NCBI GenBank assembly: GCA_963675515.1 | Contig: OY776328.1 | Span: 1,560,001 to 1,592,000, forward strand | Reading direction: 5' to 3' | Length of the DNA stretch: 32,000 bases | From: Coprobacillaceae bacterium | GTDB taxonomy: Bacteria > Bacillota_I > Bacilli_A > Erysipelotrichales > Coprobacillaceae | Shown here: one piece after another, positions 7,922 to 15,514 of the stretch | Position numbering within the stretch: position 1 is the first letter of the stretch | Layout of the letters: every line of letters starts with the position of its first letter | Position numbers and translations under genes: made by a program | The notes under the pieces: generated by a model | The model's database searches: none | Told to the model about the DNA's origin: nothing | What the model saw: the letters and a program-made list of their open reading frames with translations, nothing else

Positions 7922-8893
7922 ATGAACATTGAAAAATATTTAAAGGAAAATATTGACGAGAAAATTGACTTGTTCGAGTGGAATGAAAGAAAAGAGGTGT
8001 CAGTATATCTTAGAAGCAAATACAATTTCTATGAGCTGATAATTCTAGGGAGGAGATGCGTGCTGATGGAAATAATTGAAGAAATACCGAACATAAATCG
8101 ACTTACCAAGCAAATTAAGCAAATCGAAACTATCGCGACGTGCCCGGTGGTGCTATTGTTCAAAGAGATTACCAGATATAGAAGAAAGAGTCTGATTGAA
8201 AACAGACTACCATTTTTGATTGACGATGGTCAGATGTATTTGCCATTCTTGGGAATGGACTTGAAGGTGACCGCTGAAGAAAGCAAAATCGAGGTACATT
8301 CGTTTACAATCCCAGCTCAGGTTGCGTACCTGTATTTCCTGTATCATAAGGACGAAGTCTTGAATACAATGCAGTTCGCCAAGAAAATGGGGTTCAATAT
8401 GATGAGTGCTTCAAGGGCATTATCCGAGCTCTATCGTTTGAACCTGATAACCTATGAAACAGGGGGTAAGACTGGGCGAAGCAAGGAATATACCCGTATT
8501 CCTGACCCGGAATATTTCCAAATCGGAAAAGATTATCTCAAGGCACCATTTAAAAAGAGCGTCTATGTAAAATCAATTCCAGCTGATGCCCTGCCAGCCA
8601 GTCTCGATGCGCTTTCTATACTATCTATGATCACTCCCCATGATCATCCTGTTGTGGCAATTGAAAGAAACAAAATTAAAGGGATGGAGGATGAAGTTGT
8701 CAACAACATTGAGATTGTGAGTGACATGAACCTTGTGGAATTGGAGTTATGGGATTACGATCCAAAACTCTTCGCTAAAAATCACCATGTGGACCTGGGT
8801 TCTTTATATGCGTCGCTTAAAGATGAAACTGATGAAAGGATAGAACAAGCTCTGGAAGATGCCTTGGGTAAAGAATCATGGTACACGGACTAG
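7922..8893 (+). CDS. Winged-HTH protein, putative AbiEi-like regulator/antitoxin partner
   Basis: ATG at 7922 lies 9 nt after GGGGAGAG. 323 aa. Central HTH-like segment MQFAKKMGFNMMSASRALSELYRLNLITYE. The 3' end overlaps the next gene by 16 nt. Confidence 0.5.
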   Translation: MNIEKYLKENIDEKIDLFEWNERKEVSVYLRSKYNFYELIILGRRCVLMEIIEEIPNINRLTKQIKQIETIATCPVVLLFKEITRYRRKSLIENRLPFLIDDGQMYLPFLGMDLKVTAEESKIEVHSFTIPAQVAYLYFLYHKDEVLNTMQFAKKMGFNMMSASRALSELYRLNLITYETGGKTGRSKEYTRIPDPEYFQIGKDYLKAPFKKSVYVKSIPADALPASLDALSILSMITPHDHPVVAIERNKIKGMEDEVVNNIEIVSDMNLVELELWDYDPKLFAKNHHVDLGSLYASLKDETDERIEQALEDALGKESWYTD

Positions 8894-9648
8894 AAAAATT
8901 CTTTGAATATTTTGTGAAACACACCGATCAGTATGTCTTTATCGGTGGAACGGCCTGCGCTATTTTGATGAACGACCTTGGGATATCTTTCAGGGCAACC
9001 AAGGATCTGGATATTGTGCTTATCATTGAGGCTCTTGATTCAAGTTTTGGTGAAACGTTCTGGAAATTCATCGCAGATGGAGGATACGAATGTCGGGAAA
9101 AGAGTGACGGCAAAAATCAATTCTATCGGTTCACGAACCCGAGCGACCAGACTTTCCCCAAGATGATTGAACTGTTCGCCAAGCGCCCAGGAATTTTCGG
9201 TTTGGAATTCGATAACGGTCTTACCCCCATTCATATTGATGATAACATAGCCAGCCTGTCGGCAATCCTTCTAAATGACATCTATTATGACTTCCTCGTG
9301 AATGGTCGCACAAATATTGAGGGTTTTTCTGTGATCAATCTCGAAACAATCATCGTTTTCAAGATCAAGGCCTGGCTCGACTTGATTGACAGGAGAGAAT
9401 CCGGTGAAAATGTCGATTCCAGAAATATCAGGAAACACAAAAATGATGTATTCAGACTTCTTGCAATTGTGAACCCATCAGCAAGAATTGAAACCGCAAA
9501 AGAGATCAAAAGCGATATCGGTGATTTCATTGGACAAATCAAAGACGACAATATCGATTTGAAGATCTTAGGGATCAGAGGAATGAACACTGAAGAAGCG
9601 CTGAAAATCCTGGGAGAAATTTTTTTGGAATTGGATTTAGATAATTGA
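8878..9648 (+). CDS. Pol-beta-fold nucleotidyltransferase, AbiEii/DUF1814-like (putative toxin)
   Basis: 256 aa. N-terminal FIGGTACAILM...RATKDLDIVL gives the GG(S/T) and DxD NTase motifs. KIKAWLDL...RKHKNDVFRL resembles the distal AbiEii motif. Confidence 0.55.
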   Translation: MVHGLEKFFEYFVKHTDQYVFIGGTACAILMNDLGISFRATKDLDIVLIIEALDSSFGETFWKFIADGGYECREKSDGKNQFYRFTNPSDQTFPKMIELFAKRPGIFGLEFDNGLTPIHIDDNIASLSAILLNDIYYDFLVNGRTNIEGFSVINLETIIVFKIKAWLDLIDRRESGENVDSRNIRKHKNDVFRLLAIVNPSARIETAKEIKSDIGDFIGQIKDDNIDLKILGIRGMNTEEALKILGEIFLELDLDN

Positions 9649-9954
9649 TAAAAGTCCAAATGGCAATCAGGCGTCTGTCGACGGCGCTTTTTTTAGCCTC
9701 TTGAATTGCATCAAGGTTCATGCCGCTTCAGAAATTTGCAAGCTTGAAAAGGAGCGATATTAAATGGACAATAATTGTGCTACAATGTAAATATGTTAAT
9801 TGTTGAAGGATGATATTGTATTTCCATAAGCACCAATGACGGATTGATCTTGTTTTACTGTTATGGACATGGCCTGATGTGAAAAAGGCGGGTAATCGTG
9901 ACTAGAAACATGCGATCCAGGAAAATAGATACTGTGAAATAGAAGGGGGAACCG

Positions 9955-11256
9955 ATGATGGTTAAGATTAAGAGATTTGTGTTGATGATCCTGATAATAG
10001 GACTTGTTTTCGGGACAGCTGGCTGTACATCAAATACAAACCGGGCTGATTCCAGTGATACGCCAACTGAACAGACGGCAGTGGACAATGGCGATTCCAC
10101 AACGGAACCTGAAGCAAGCGAACCGGAAATTGAAGTGGAACCTGAAGTTGTGGAAACCGTGGCCATGTATGCGACTGCCAAGGTGAATGTCCGTAAAGCC
10201 CCGTCCACTGATGGTGAGATAGTGGCTACCATCGATAGACGGAGTGAAGTTGAGGTTGTAAAATCGGAAGATGGCTGGAGCGAGATAGTCTACAACGGCG
10301 CTCATTGCTACATTTCCAGCAAGTACCTGGCCAATGAGATGCCAGCGGAAGTTGTAACGGAAGTCGAGACGGAGGTCGAACCGGAAGTCGAACAGCCTGT
10401 CGTCGAGACACCGGCAGCAGATGTCAAGACAACGGCAATGTATGCGACAAACAGCCTGAATATCCGGAAAACGCCTTCCACTGACGGAGAGAAAGTGGCG
10501 ACCATATCCCGGGGCACCAAGGTCGATGTCGCCCAGTATAATGATGACTGGTCCAAGATAGTCTACAACGGCGCTTACTGCTATGTCGCAAGTAGATATC
10601 TGACCAGCGAATTGCCCGCAAACAACTCTTATGTGGTGGTCATCGACCCAGGCCATCAGCTGGTGGGCAACTCGGCCCAGGAACCGATCGGCCCGGGGGC
10701 CACTGAAACCAAGGCGAAGGTATCGAGTGGCACAGCTGGTGTTGCCACCGGACTGGCCGAATATGAATTGAATCTGCAGGTATCATTGAAACTCAGGGAC
10801 GAGCTGGAAAGCCGGGGCTATGTTGTCAAGATGATCCGGACGACCAATGACGTCAATATATCCAATGCCGAGCGGGCCATCGTCGCCAACAATGCCAACG
10901 CGGATGCTTTCTTGCGCATCCATGCCAACGGTTCCACCGATTCATCGAAAACCGGAGCCATGACGATATGCCAGACTCCAAACAATATCTATAATGGCGC
11001 TCTATATAGTAAAAGCAAAGCCCTTTCGTCGGATATCCTCGATTCCCTGGTATCGGCTACGGGATGCAGGAAGGAATATGTCTGGGAGACCGATACGATG
11101 AGCGGGGTCAACTGGGCCCAGGTGCCCGTGTCAATAATCGAGATGGGATATATGTCGAATCCCGCCGAAGACAGGAATATGGCAACCGCCGCGTACCAGT
11201 ACAAGATCGTTGAAGGGATTGCAAATGGTCTGGATTGCTATTTCAACCTGAACTGA
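9955..11256 (+). CDS. N-acetylmuramoyl-L-alanine amidase (Amidase_3) lipoprotein with two SH3b domains
   Basis: Signal peptide plus lipobox (LVFGTAGC). Two about 65-aa repeats (MYAT..N.RK.PSTDGE.VATI.R...V.V......WS.IVYNGA.CY...YL). Catalytic part has [14 protein letters not shown] and [12 protein letters not shown]. Confidence 0.9.
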   Translation: MMVKIKRFVLMILIIGLVFGTAGCTSNTNRADSSDTPTEQTAVDNGDSTTEPEASEPEIEVEPEVVETVAMYATAKVNVRKAPSTDGEIVATIDRRSEVEVVKSEDGWSEIVYNGAHCYISSKYLANEMPAEVVTEVETEVEPEVEQPVVETPAADVKTTAMYATNSLNIRKTPSTDGEKVATISRGTKVDVAQYNDDWSKIVYNGAYCYVASRYLTSELPANNSYVVVIDPGHQLVGNSAQEPIGPGATETKAKVSSGTAGVATGLAEYELNLQVSLKLRDELESRGYVVKMIRTTNDVNISNAERAIVANNANADAFLRIHANGSTDSSKTGAMTICQTPNNIYNGALYSKSKALSSDILDSLVSATGCRKEYVWETDTMSGVNWAQVPVSIIEMGYMSNPAEDRNMATAAYQYKIVEGIANGLDCYFNLN

Positions 11257-11537
11257 TTTGCGAATCCGCGATAAGACGATGATTTTGACAACTGACTGAT
11301 TGCCGGTTTGGGACAGCCGGACAGTTTGAATTTAAGTTTTAGTTACAAGGTCTGTCAATGACGATGTGAAGCGAGTCTTCAAATTGTCTGTGACAGGCCT
11401 TTTGTTTTGCCTGATAGATTGGCATTGGCTGTTTGTTTTTATCTGGGTGAAACGGCCACCAGGTAAGGTCCTTAAACGGATTCCGGTGAAAAACACATAA
11501 AATAACGGTACATGACTGGGCAAATTTGTAAGATAAT

Positions 11538-11545
11538 TGTATAAT
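11538..11545 (+). promoter_or_regulatory. Candidate extended -10 promoter for the DUF4230-like gene
   Basis: TGTATAAT with no convincing -35. About 125 nt upstream of the ATG at 11671. Confidence 0.3.
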
Positions 11546-11670
11546 GGAGACAGGTACCCCAAACGACTTGAAATAAACATTCTTCAAGCCAGCGGCTTTT
11601 ACAATTACGGTTGATGTAAAGGGAAGATGGAATTGAACAGGTTCAAGGATATTCAAAGAAGGTGGACATT

Positions 11671-12378
11671 ATGGCAGGAAAAGATGAGACCAATGCAGCA
11701 GGTGGACAAAACAGTGAAAGAAGCTCCAATGAGCTAATCGGGTTTGTGGGTAGAAAGCTGGGGACCAAAGCCGTTTCCACTGCTGTTGTGGCGATCCTGG
11801 TAGTGCTGCTTTTGGGAAGCGTGGGACTCAATCTCAAGACATATTTTTTCACCGACTCCAAGACAACCAGACTCGATTTTGAAAATATCGGCGAGCTGGC
11901 GACCCAGTCCGCCTATACAAGCAACATCAGCGTTATCGACAAATCGCGCAACCTGTTTGGAGCGACGATTCCTTTCACCCAAAGCAAGTATGTCTTCTCC
12001 TATGAAACGGTGATCAAGGCTGGCATCGATTTTGGCGAGGTGGAAGCGAATGTCAATGAACTTGACAAGGTCATTGTTGTGGAACTTCCGGTATTCAGGA
12101 TATTGTCCAGCGAGGTCGATCAGGATTCCCTGAAAGTCTATCTCGAAGCGGAAAGTATCTTTGCTCCGGTCACATTGGCGGACCAGAACGAGGCCATGAT
12201 CGAACTGATCGAGACGGCCCAGCAGGATGCCATCGCCAACGGCCTGCTTGAGCATGCCCGAAAGAATGCGCAGGTCCTTTTGCGGGGTTTCATTGCCAAT
12301 GTCTTTGACAGTGATAAATACACCATCGAATTCACGGACAGGAACGGTAGTGTCAAATTCGTTATGGAAAAACAGTGA
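11671..12378 (+). CDS. DUF4230-like membrane-anchored protein; 3' end remodelled by the IS insertion
   Basis: ATG at 11671 after AGAAGGTGG. One N-terminal TM helix (AVSTAVVAILVVLLLGSVGL). The body (IGELATQSAYTSNISV...VIKAGIDFGEV...VELPVFRILSSEVD) fits the DUF4230 pattern from memory. The last 10 codons (GSVKFVMEKQ) and the stop are encoded by the IS left end. Confidence 0.6.
   Translation: MAGKDETNAAGGQNSERSSNELIGFVGRKLGTKAVSTAVVAILVVLLLGSVGLNLKTYFFTDSKTTRLDFENIGELATQSAYTSNISVIDKSRNLFGATIPFTQSKYVFSYETVIKAGIDFGEVEANVNELDKVIVVELPVFRILSSEVDQDSLKVYLEAESIFAPVTLADQNEAMIELIETAQQDAIANGLLEHARKNAQVLLRGFIANVFDSDKYTIEFTDRNGSVKFVMEKQ
12338..12345. repeat. Target-site duplication, left copy (ACAGGAAC)
   Basis: Identical 8-mer directly abuts both IS termini (12338-12345 and 14024-14031). 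Confidence 0.8.
12346..12357. repeat. IS terminal inverted repeat (stop-proximal end)
   Basis: GGTAGTGTCAAA is the exact reverse complement of 14012-14023. Confidence 0.8.
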
Positions 12379-12383
12379 TTTTT

Positions 12384-13835
12384 TCATAATAGAGTTTCGT
12401 GTTCGTTTTGTCGGTAATACTTAAGCGCTTCTTCCATGAGGATGTTCCACTTGTTTGGCATGTTATGAGTTTTCTTCAAACAATCCAATTCAACTGGTGG
12501 CTTGTATCCCAGGGAGGTGTGATTTCTTAGGAAATTGAAATATGTTGTGAACAGACACATGAAATCATTTGCGCCATCCAATGAGTTGAAGCCATTTTTG
12601 ATCGCGTAGGTTTCTCCAAATGTTCTATTCAAACGCTCTATTATTTGTTTGGCAGGGCGATGTTCTTTTGATACAGGATCATCATTCGTAAGTCCAATTA
12701 CTTGAGTCACTTTAAAAAATACTCTTTTGATTTGAAAATACTGTTGAGCGGCTTTATATATCGGATTTCCGTCAACAACGATCTCAAAGTCAGTCGGTAA
12801 CTTTTTGAATTTTCTCATGACTGAATAAAAGGCATTTATAGCCGCAAAGGTATCTCTTTTCATGAAAATTCGATACGAAGTTATTATTTTTTTCCTAACA
12901 TCGCACATGAAAAATACATAGGCTTTTTTTCCTAAAACTTTGACGTATGTTTCGTCTCCACAATGATACGAGTTCAAATCGTGCTTGTAGTTATCCATCC
13001 ACGGAAATAGGAGATGGCTGGCTGCCTGAGCGTAGTTAGCTATTGTTTGATGGGATATTTTGATATCGTGAATCTCGTATAAAACCAAAGCGGTTTTTCT
13101 AAGAGACAGGCCATAATTAACGTAATACGTCAACGCTAGGCCTAAAACATGCTTAGAATTGTGGATTCTGGAGAGATCAACTTTTGATGGTGCTATTTTC
13201 AGCTGGATGCTTTCAAGTTTTTCGATTGAAGCATCGAAGACGCGGGTTATGTAGTGAAGCGAGAATTTAGAAGGATTTACCTTGTATTTCTTTTTATCTT
13301 CTTTTGTTAGTTTCTTCAACTCACTCTTATAGTGAGAACATCTAGAGTTTTGACATTTATAGACATCAAAACCATCACGTGATTTGATCAACGTCAACTT
13401 GCGGCCGCAGTGAGGACACTTGCGGATCAATTGTTGCGAATAACTCTTATTAAGTGAGAAAGTCGTATCACAAACTTTGCACTTAACTTGGGATTTCTTG
13501 ATTCCGTTGTTGAAAGTCAGGTATTCATGAGTGGCGCCGCAATGTGGGCAAACAGTATCTTCAGATGGATAGTCTTTGCCTTCATGTCTAAACACCGGTT
13601 TCAAAGGTCGTTTATGTTTGGATTCATACTCATCCCTGGCCTGTTGAAATGGGATGGGGATTAATTGCGGTTCAATAACAGGAAGCGGATGCATTTTGAA
13701 ACGACGATATGGTTCACTCTTACTTGAATCCGTACCATCACTGGGAAGATGCTTTAGCAGGAAACACTCAAATTTGTACAAAAATCTACGAATGATATTT
13801 AAAAAATTGATTATTAATGATATAATTTTGACCAT
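12384..13835 (-). CDS. DDE transposase with N-terminal zinc-ribbon extension (IS6/IS240-like core)
   Basis: 483 aa. AAGGAGGA lies before the ATG at 13835. Two CxxC...CxxC ribbons (CPHCGATHEY...CKVCD; CPHCGRKL...CQNSRCSHY). Catalytic residues sit in CGDETYVKV, VVDGNPIY and QIIERLNRTF contexts. Confidence 0.8.
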   Translation of the reverse strand: MVKIISLIINFLNIIRRFLYKFECFLLKHLPSDGTDSSKSEPYRRFKMHPLPVIEPQLIPIPFQQARDEYESKHKRPLKPVFRHEGKDYPSEDTVCPHCGATHEYLTFNNGIKKSQVKCKVCDTTFSLNKSYSQQLIRKCPHCGRKLTLIKSRDGFDVYKCQNSRCSHYKSELKKLTKEDKKKYKVNPSKFSLHYITRVFDASIEKLESIQLKIAPSKVDLSRIHNSKHVLGLALTYYVNYGLSLRKTALVLYEIHDIKISHQTIANYAQAASHLLFPWMDNYKHDLNSYHCGDETYVKVLGKKAYVFFMCDVRKKIITSYRIFMKRDTFAAINAFYSVMRKFKKLPTDFEIVVDGNPIYKAAQQYFQIKRVFFKVTQVIGLTNDDPVSKEHRPAKQIIERLNRTFGETYAIKNGFNSLDGANDFMCLFTTYFNFLRNHTSLGYKPPVELDCLKKTHNMPNKWNILMEEALKYYRQNEHETLL

Positions 13836-14011
13836 GGTAACAGTCCTCCTTATTGTGGTTTAGACACTTACAATTATGAGGCTGTTACCTTTTTTTGTAA
13901 ACAAAATGGTCAAATTATAGGGTGAAATCCGGGGGAATTCACCTAAATATATAAAAAACCAAGGTAGAATGCGGTTTTCCAGTTAATTATGGTTGTAAAT
14001 AACTAACTGGT

Positions 14012-14023
14012 TTTGACACTACC
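14012..14023. repeat. IS terminal inverted repeat (promoter-proximal end)
   Basis: TTTGACACTACC. It contains an outward-facing TTGACA at 14013-14018. Confidence 0.8.
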
Positions 14024-14031
14024 ACAGGAAC
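14024..14031. repeat. Target-site duplication, right copy (ACAGGAAC)
   Basis: Identical to 12338-12345. Confidence 0.8.
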
Positions 14032-14046
14032 TAGGAGGAAATGCTT

Positions 14047-14130
14047 ATGAAAAAATTGATGACGGTCTTGGCTGTTGTTGTCGTAGTGATAGTCCTTTTC
14101 TATCTCTATCTCTTTTTGACTGCCAGGTAG
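14047..14130 (+). CDS. 27-aa single-TM micro-protein (not in the ORF track)
   Basis: MKKLMTVLAVVVVVIVLFYLYLFLTAR. ATG at 14047 lies 7 nt after AGGAGGA (14033-14039). Before the IS insertion this RBS overlapped the TAG stop of the DUF4230-like gene. Confidence 0.4.
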   Translation: MKKLMTVLAVVVVVIVLFYLYLFLTAR

Positions 14131-14307
14131 CCATATTGTAACAGAGGACCACCAGCGAAGATCCCGATTGTCGGGAAATTAAAACTGTCATTTTGGATTG
14201 CATATTTTGCGGTTAAGGCTGGTGCCAATTCACATTGTAAGCAGGTTGTTATTGCAATGTTAAATGCCTGTATGGCGATGTTTGAAGATTAGGGGAAGGG
14301 TGATAAT

Positions 14308-15480
14308 ATGGAAAGAGGAAATGTGCTGGTCATCGGCAATTCAGGAGTGGGCAAGTCGACATTGATCAATGCACTGCTTGGCAAAAAGAAAGCACGGACC
14401 GGCTGGGGCTCCAGCGGTACGACCGACAGGATTGCCATATTTGAATCCGATCTTATCCCCTTCAGGATAATCGACACGGTCGGGTTCGAACCGTCATTTT
14501 TCAAGGCTAACCGGGCGATCAACGCGGTTAAGAAGTGGTCAAAGGAAAGCGCCAAGAAAGGCAACGAAGACAACAAGATCAATGTGATCTGGTTTTGTGT
14601 CGAAGGAACATCAAGCAAGCTGTTCCCCAAGACAATCAAGGACCTGTCAAAGGCGATTGCGGTGTGGAAATCGGTGCCGATAATCGTGGTGATAACGAAA
14701 TCCTATTCGATTCCCGAAAGAAAAAGGAACATCGATATGGTCCACAATGCCTTGGCCAGAAACAAGCGCCATTTCAAAAATCTCAGGCAAGTCATTCCGG
14801 TTGTCGCGGCCACCTATGAGCTCAACGACAGCGCCTTCGCCCCGCCTGAGGGAATAACCGAATTGATCGATGCCACCAATGAGCTGATGCCTGAGGGATT
14901 GAAGGCTGGAAAAAGGGATGTGGACCGACTTAAACTCGAACGGAAAAGGGCTTATGCCCATAGCGTTGTCACTTTGGCCACAGCCACGGGAGTGGCGGTG
15001 GGGGCAATTCCCATCCCGATCGCCGACGCAATGATCCTGACGCCGCTCGAACTGACCCAGATCAATGCGATTGCCAGAATATACGGAGTGTCCAAGAGCG
15101 AAATGGCAAGCAAGTTCATGAACACGATTGTCGAGGTCGGCACCGTATCCATAGCGGCCAAGGCGGCCATTAGCGCCTTGAAGGCTGTGCCAGGGATCAA
15201 TCTGGCTGCCGATGTGCTTAACGCGATCATCGCCGGAAGCATAGTCGCAACAATCGGAGAAGGATCGATTTACGTTTTTGAAAAAATATATCTGGGTGAA
15301 AAAACAATCGAGGACATCGACTGGGTCAGGAAAGTGATGGAGAATGAATTCTCATCCAAATTCCTTGAAGCGGTCGAAGGAATCATCAAATATCTAAACA
15401 ATGCCAGCATCAAGGACATCAAAAAAGTCCTTCCGGATCTGCTTTCACGCGCATTTGGTCCTGGCGACAACGATGAATAG
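14308..15480 (+). CDS. P-loop GTPase (MMR_HSR1-like) fused to a DUF697-like hydrophobic C-terminal domain
   Basis: G1 GNSGVGKST and G3 DTVG are present. The G4 region is degenerate (VITKS). The C-terminal 170 aa have two hydrophobic Gly/Ala-rich segments and IPIADAMILTPLELTQINAIARIYG, as in DUF697/YcjF-like proteins. RBS GGGGAAGGGTG. Confidence 0.7.
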   Translation: MERGNVLVIGNSGVGKSTLINALLGKKKARTGWGSSGTTDRIAIFESDLIPFRIIDTVGFEPSFFKANRAINAVKKWSKESAKKGNEDNKINVIWFCVEGTSSKLFPKTIKDLSKAIAVWKSVPIIVVITKSYSIPERKRNIDMVHNALARNKRHFKNLRQVIPVVAATYELNDSAFAPPEGITELIDATNELMPEGLKAGKRDVDRLKLERKRAYAHSVVTLATATGVAVGAIPIPIADAMILTPLELTQINAIARIYGVSKSEMASKFMNTIVEVGTVSIAAKAAISALKAVPGINLAADVLNAIIAGSIVATIGEGSIYVFEKIYLGEKTIEDIDWVRKVMENEFSSKFLEAVEGIIKYLNNASIKDIKKVLPDLLSRAFGPGDNDE

Positions 15481-15514
15481 ACAGAGGCTGTAATTGCTAC
15501 AGGAGGAAACACAG

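Larger units (their letters stand above)
12346..14023 (-). mobile_element. IS6-family-like insertion sequence, 1,678 bp
   Basis: Perfect 12-bp terminal inverted repeats GGTAGTGTCAAA (12346-12357) / TTTGACACTACC (14012-14023). They are flanked by the 8-bp direct repeat ACAGGAAC and contain a single DDE transposase gene. GG termini and an 8-bp TSD are the IS6-family hallmarks. Confidence 0.8.

Noticed and set aside
9787-9954. About 170-nt leader upstream of the amidase gene, after a TGCTACAAT extended -10 at 9778-9786, checked as a c-di-AMP (ydaO-type) or other riboswitch.
   Set aside because: I could not find the conserved ydaO core elements or any other recognisable riboswitch signature by eye. 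An Rfam scan is needed before any claim.
10030-10656. Long antisense or alternative-frame ORFs inside well-supported genes: 10030-10656(-), 11734-12387(-), 15497-15922(-), 20258-20866(+), 22643-23296(-), 24248-24784(-) and similar track entries.
   Set aside because: They lie opposite or out of frame to genes with clear family motifs. They lack RBSs and have low-complexity or Arg/Ser/Pro-rich composition typical of shadow ORFs in GC-richer coding DNA.
11332-11656. Two overlapping minus-strand ORFs (82 and 105 aa) in the spacer between the amidase and the DUF4230-like gene.
   Set aside because: They have no RBS and overlap each other in different frames. The region is better explained as the promoter and leader of the plus-strand gene.
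14013-14041. Outward-facing hybrid promoter from the IS end, as known for IS26/IS257: a perfect TTGACA in the right IR pointing at the micro-ORF, GTPase and tkt.
   Set aside because: The sequence 17-18 nt downstream (AGGAAA/GGAAAT) is not a credible -10 box. The left end has the same problem. It is recorded only as a latent -35.
14468-14482. GGTTCGAACCG, resembling a tRNA T-arm.
   Set aside because: It lies inside the GTPase coding frame (DTVGFEPS), and no acceptor or anticodon arms can be drawn around it.
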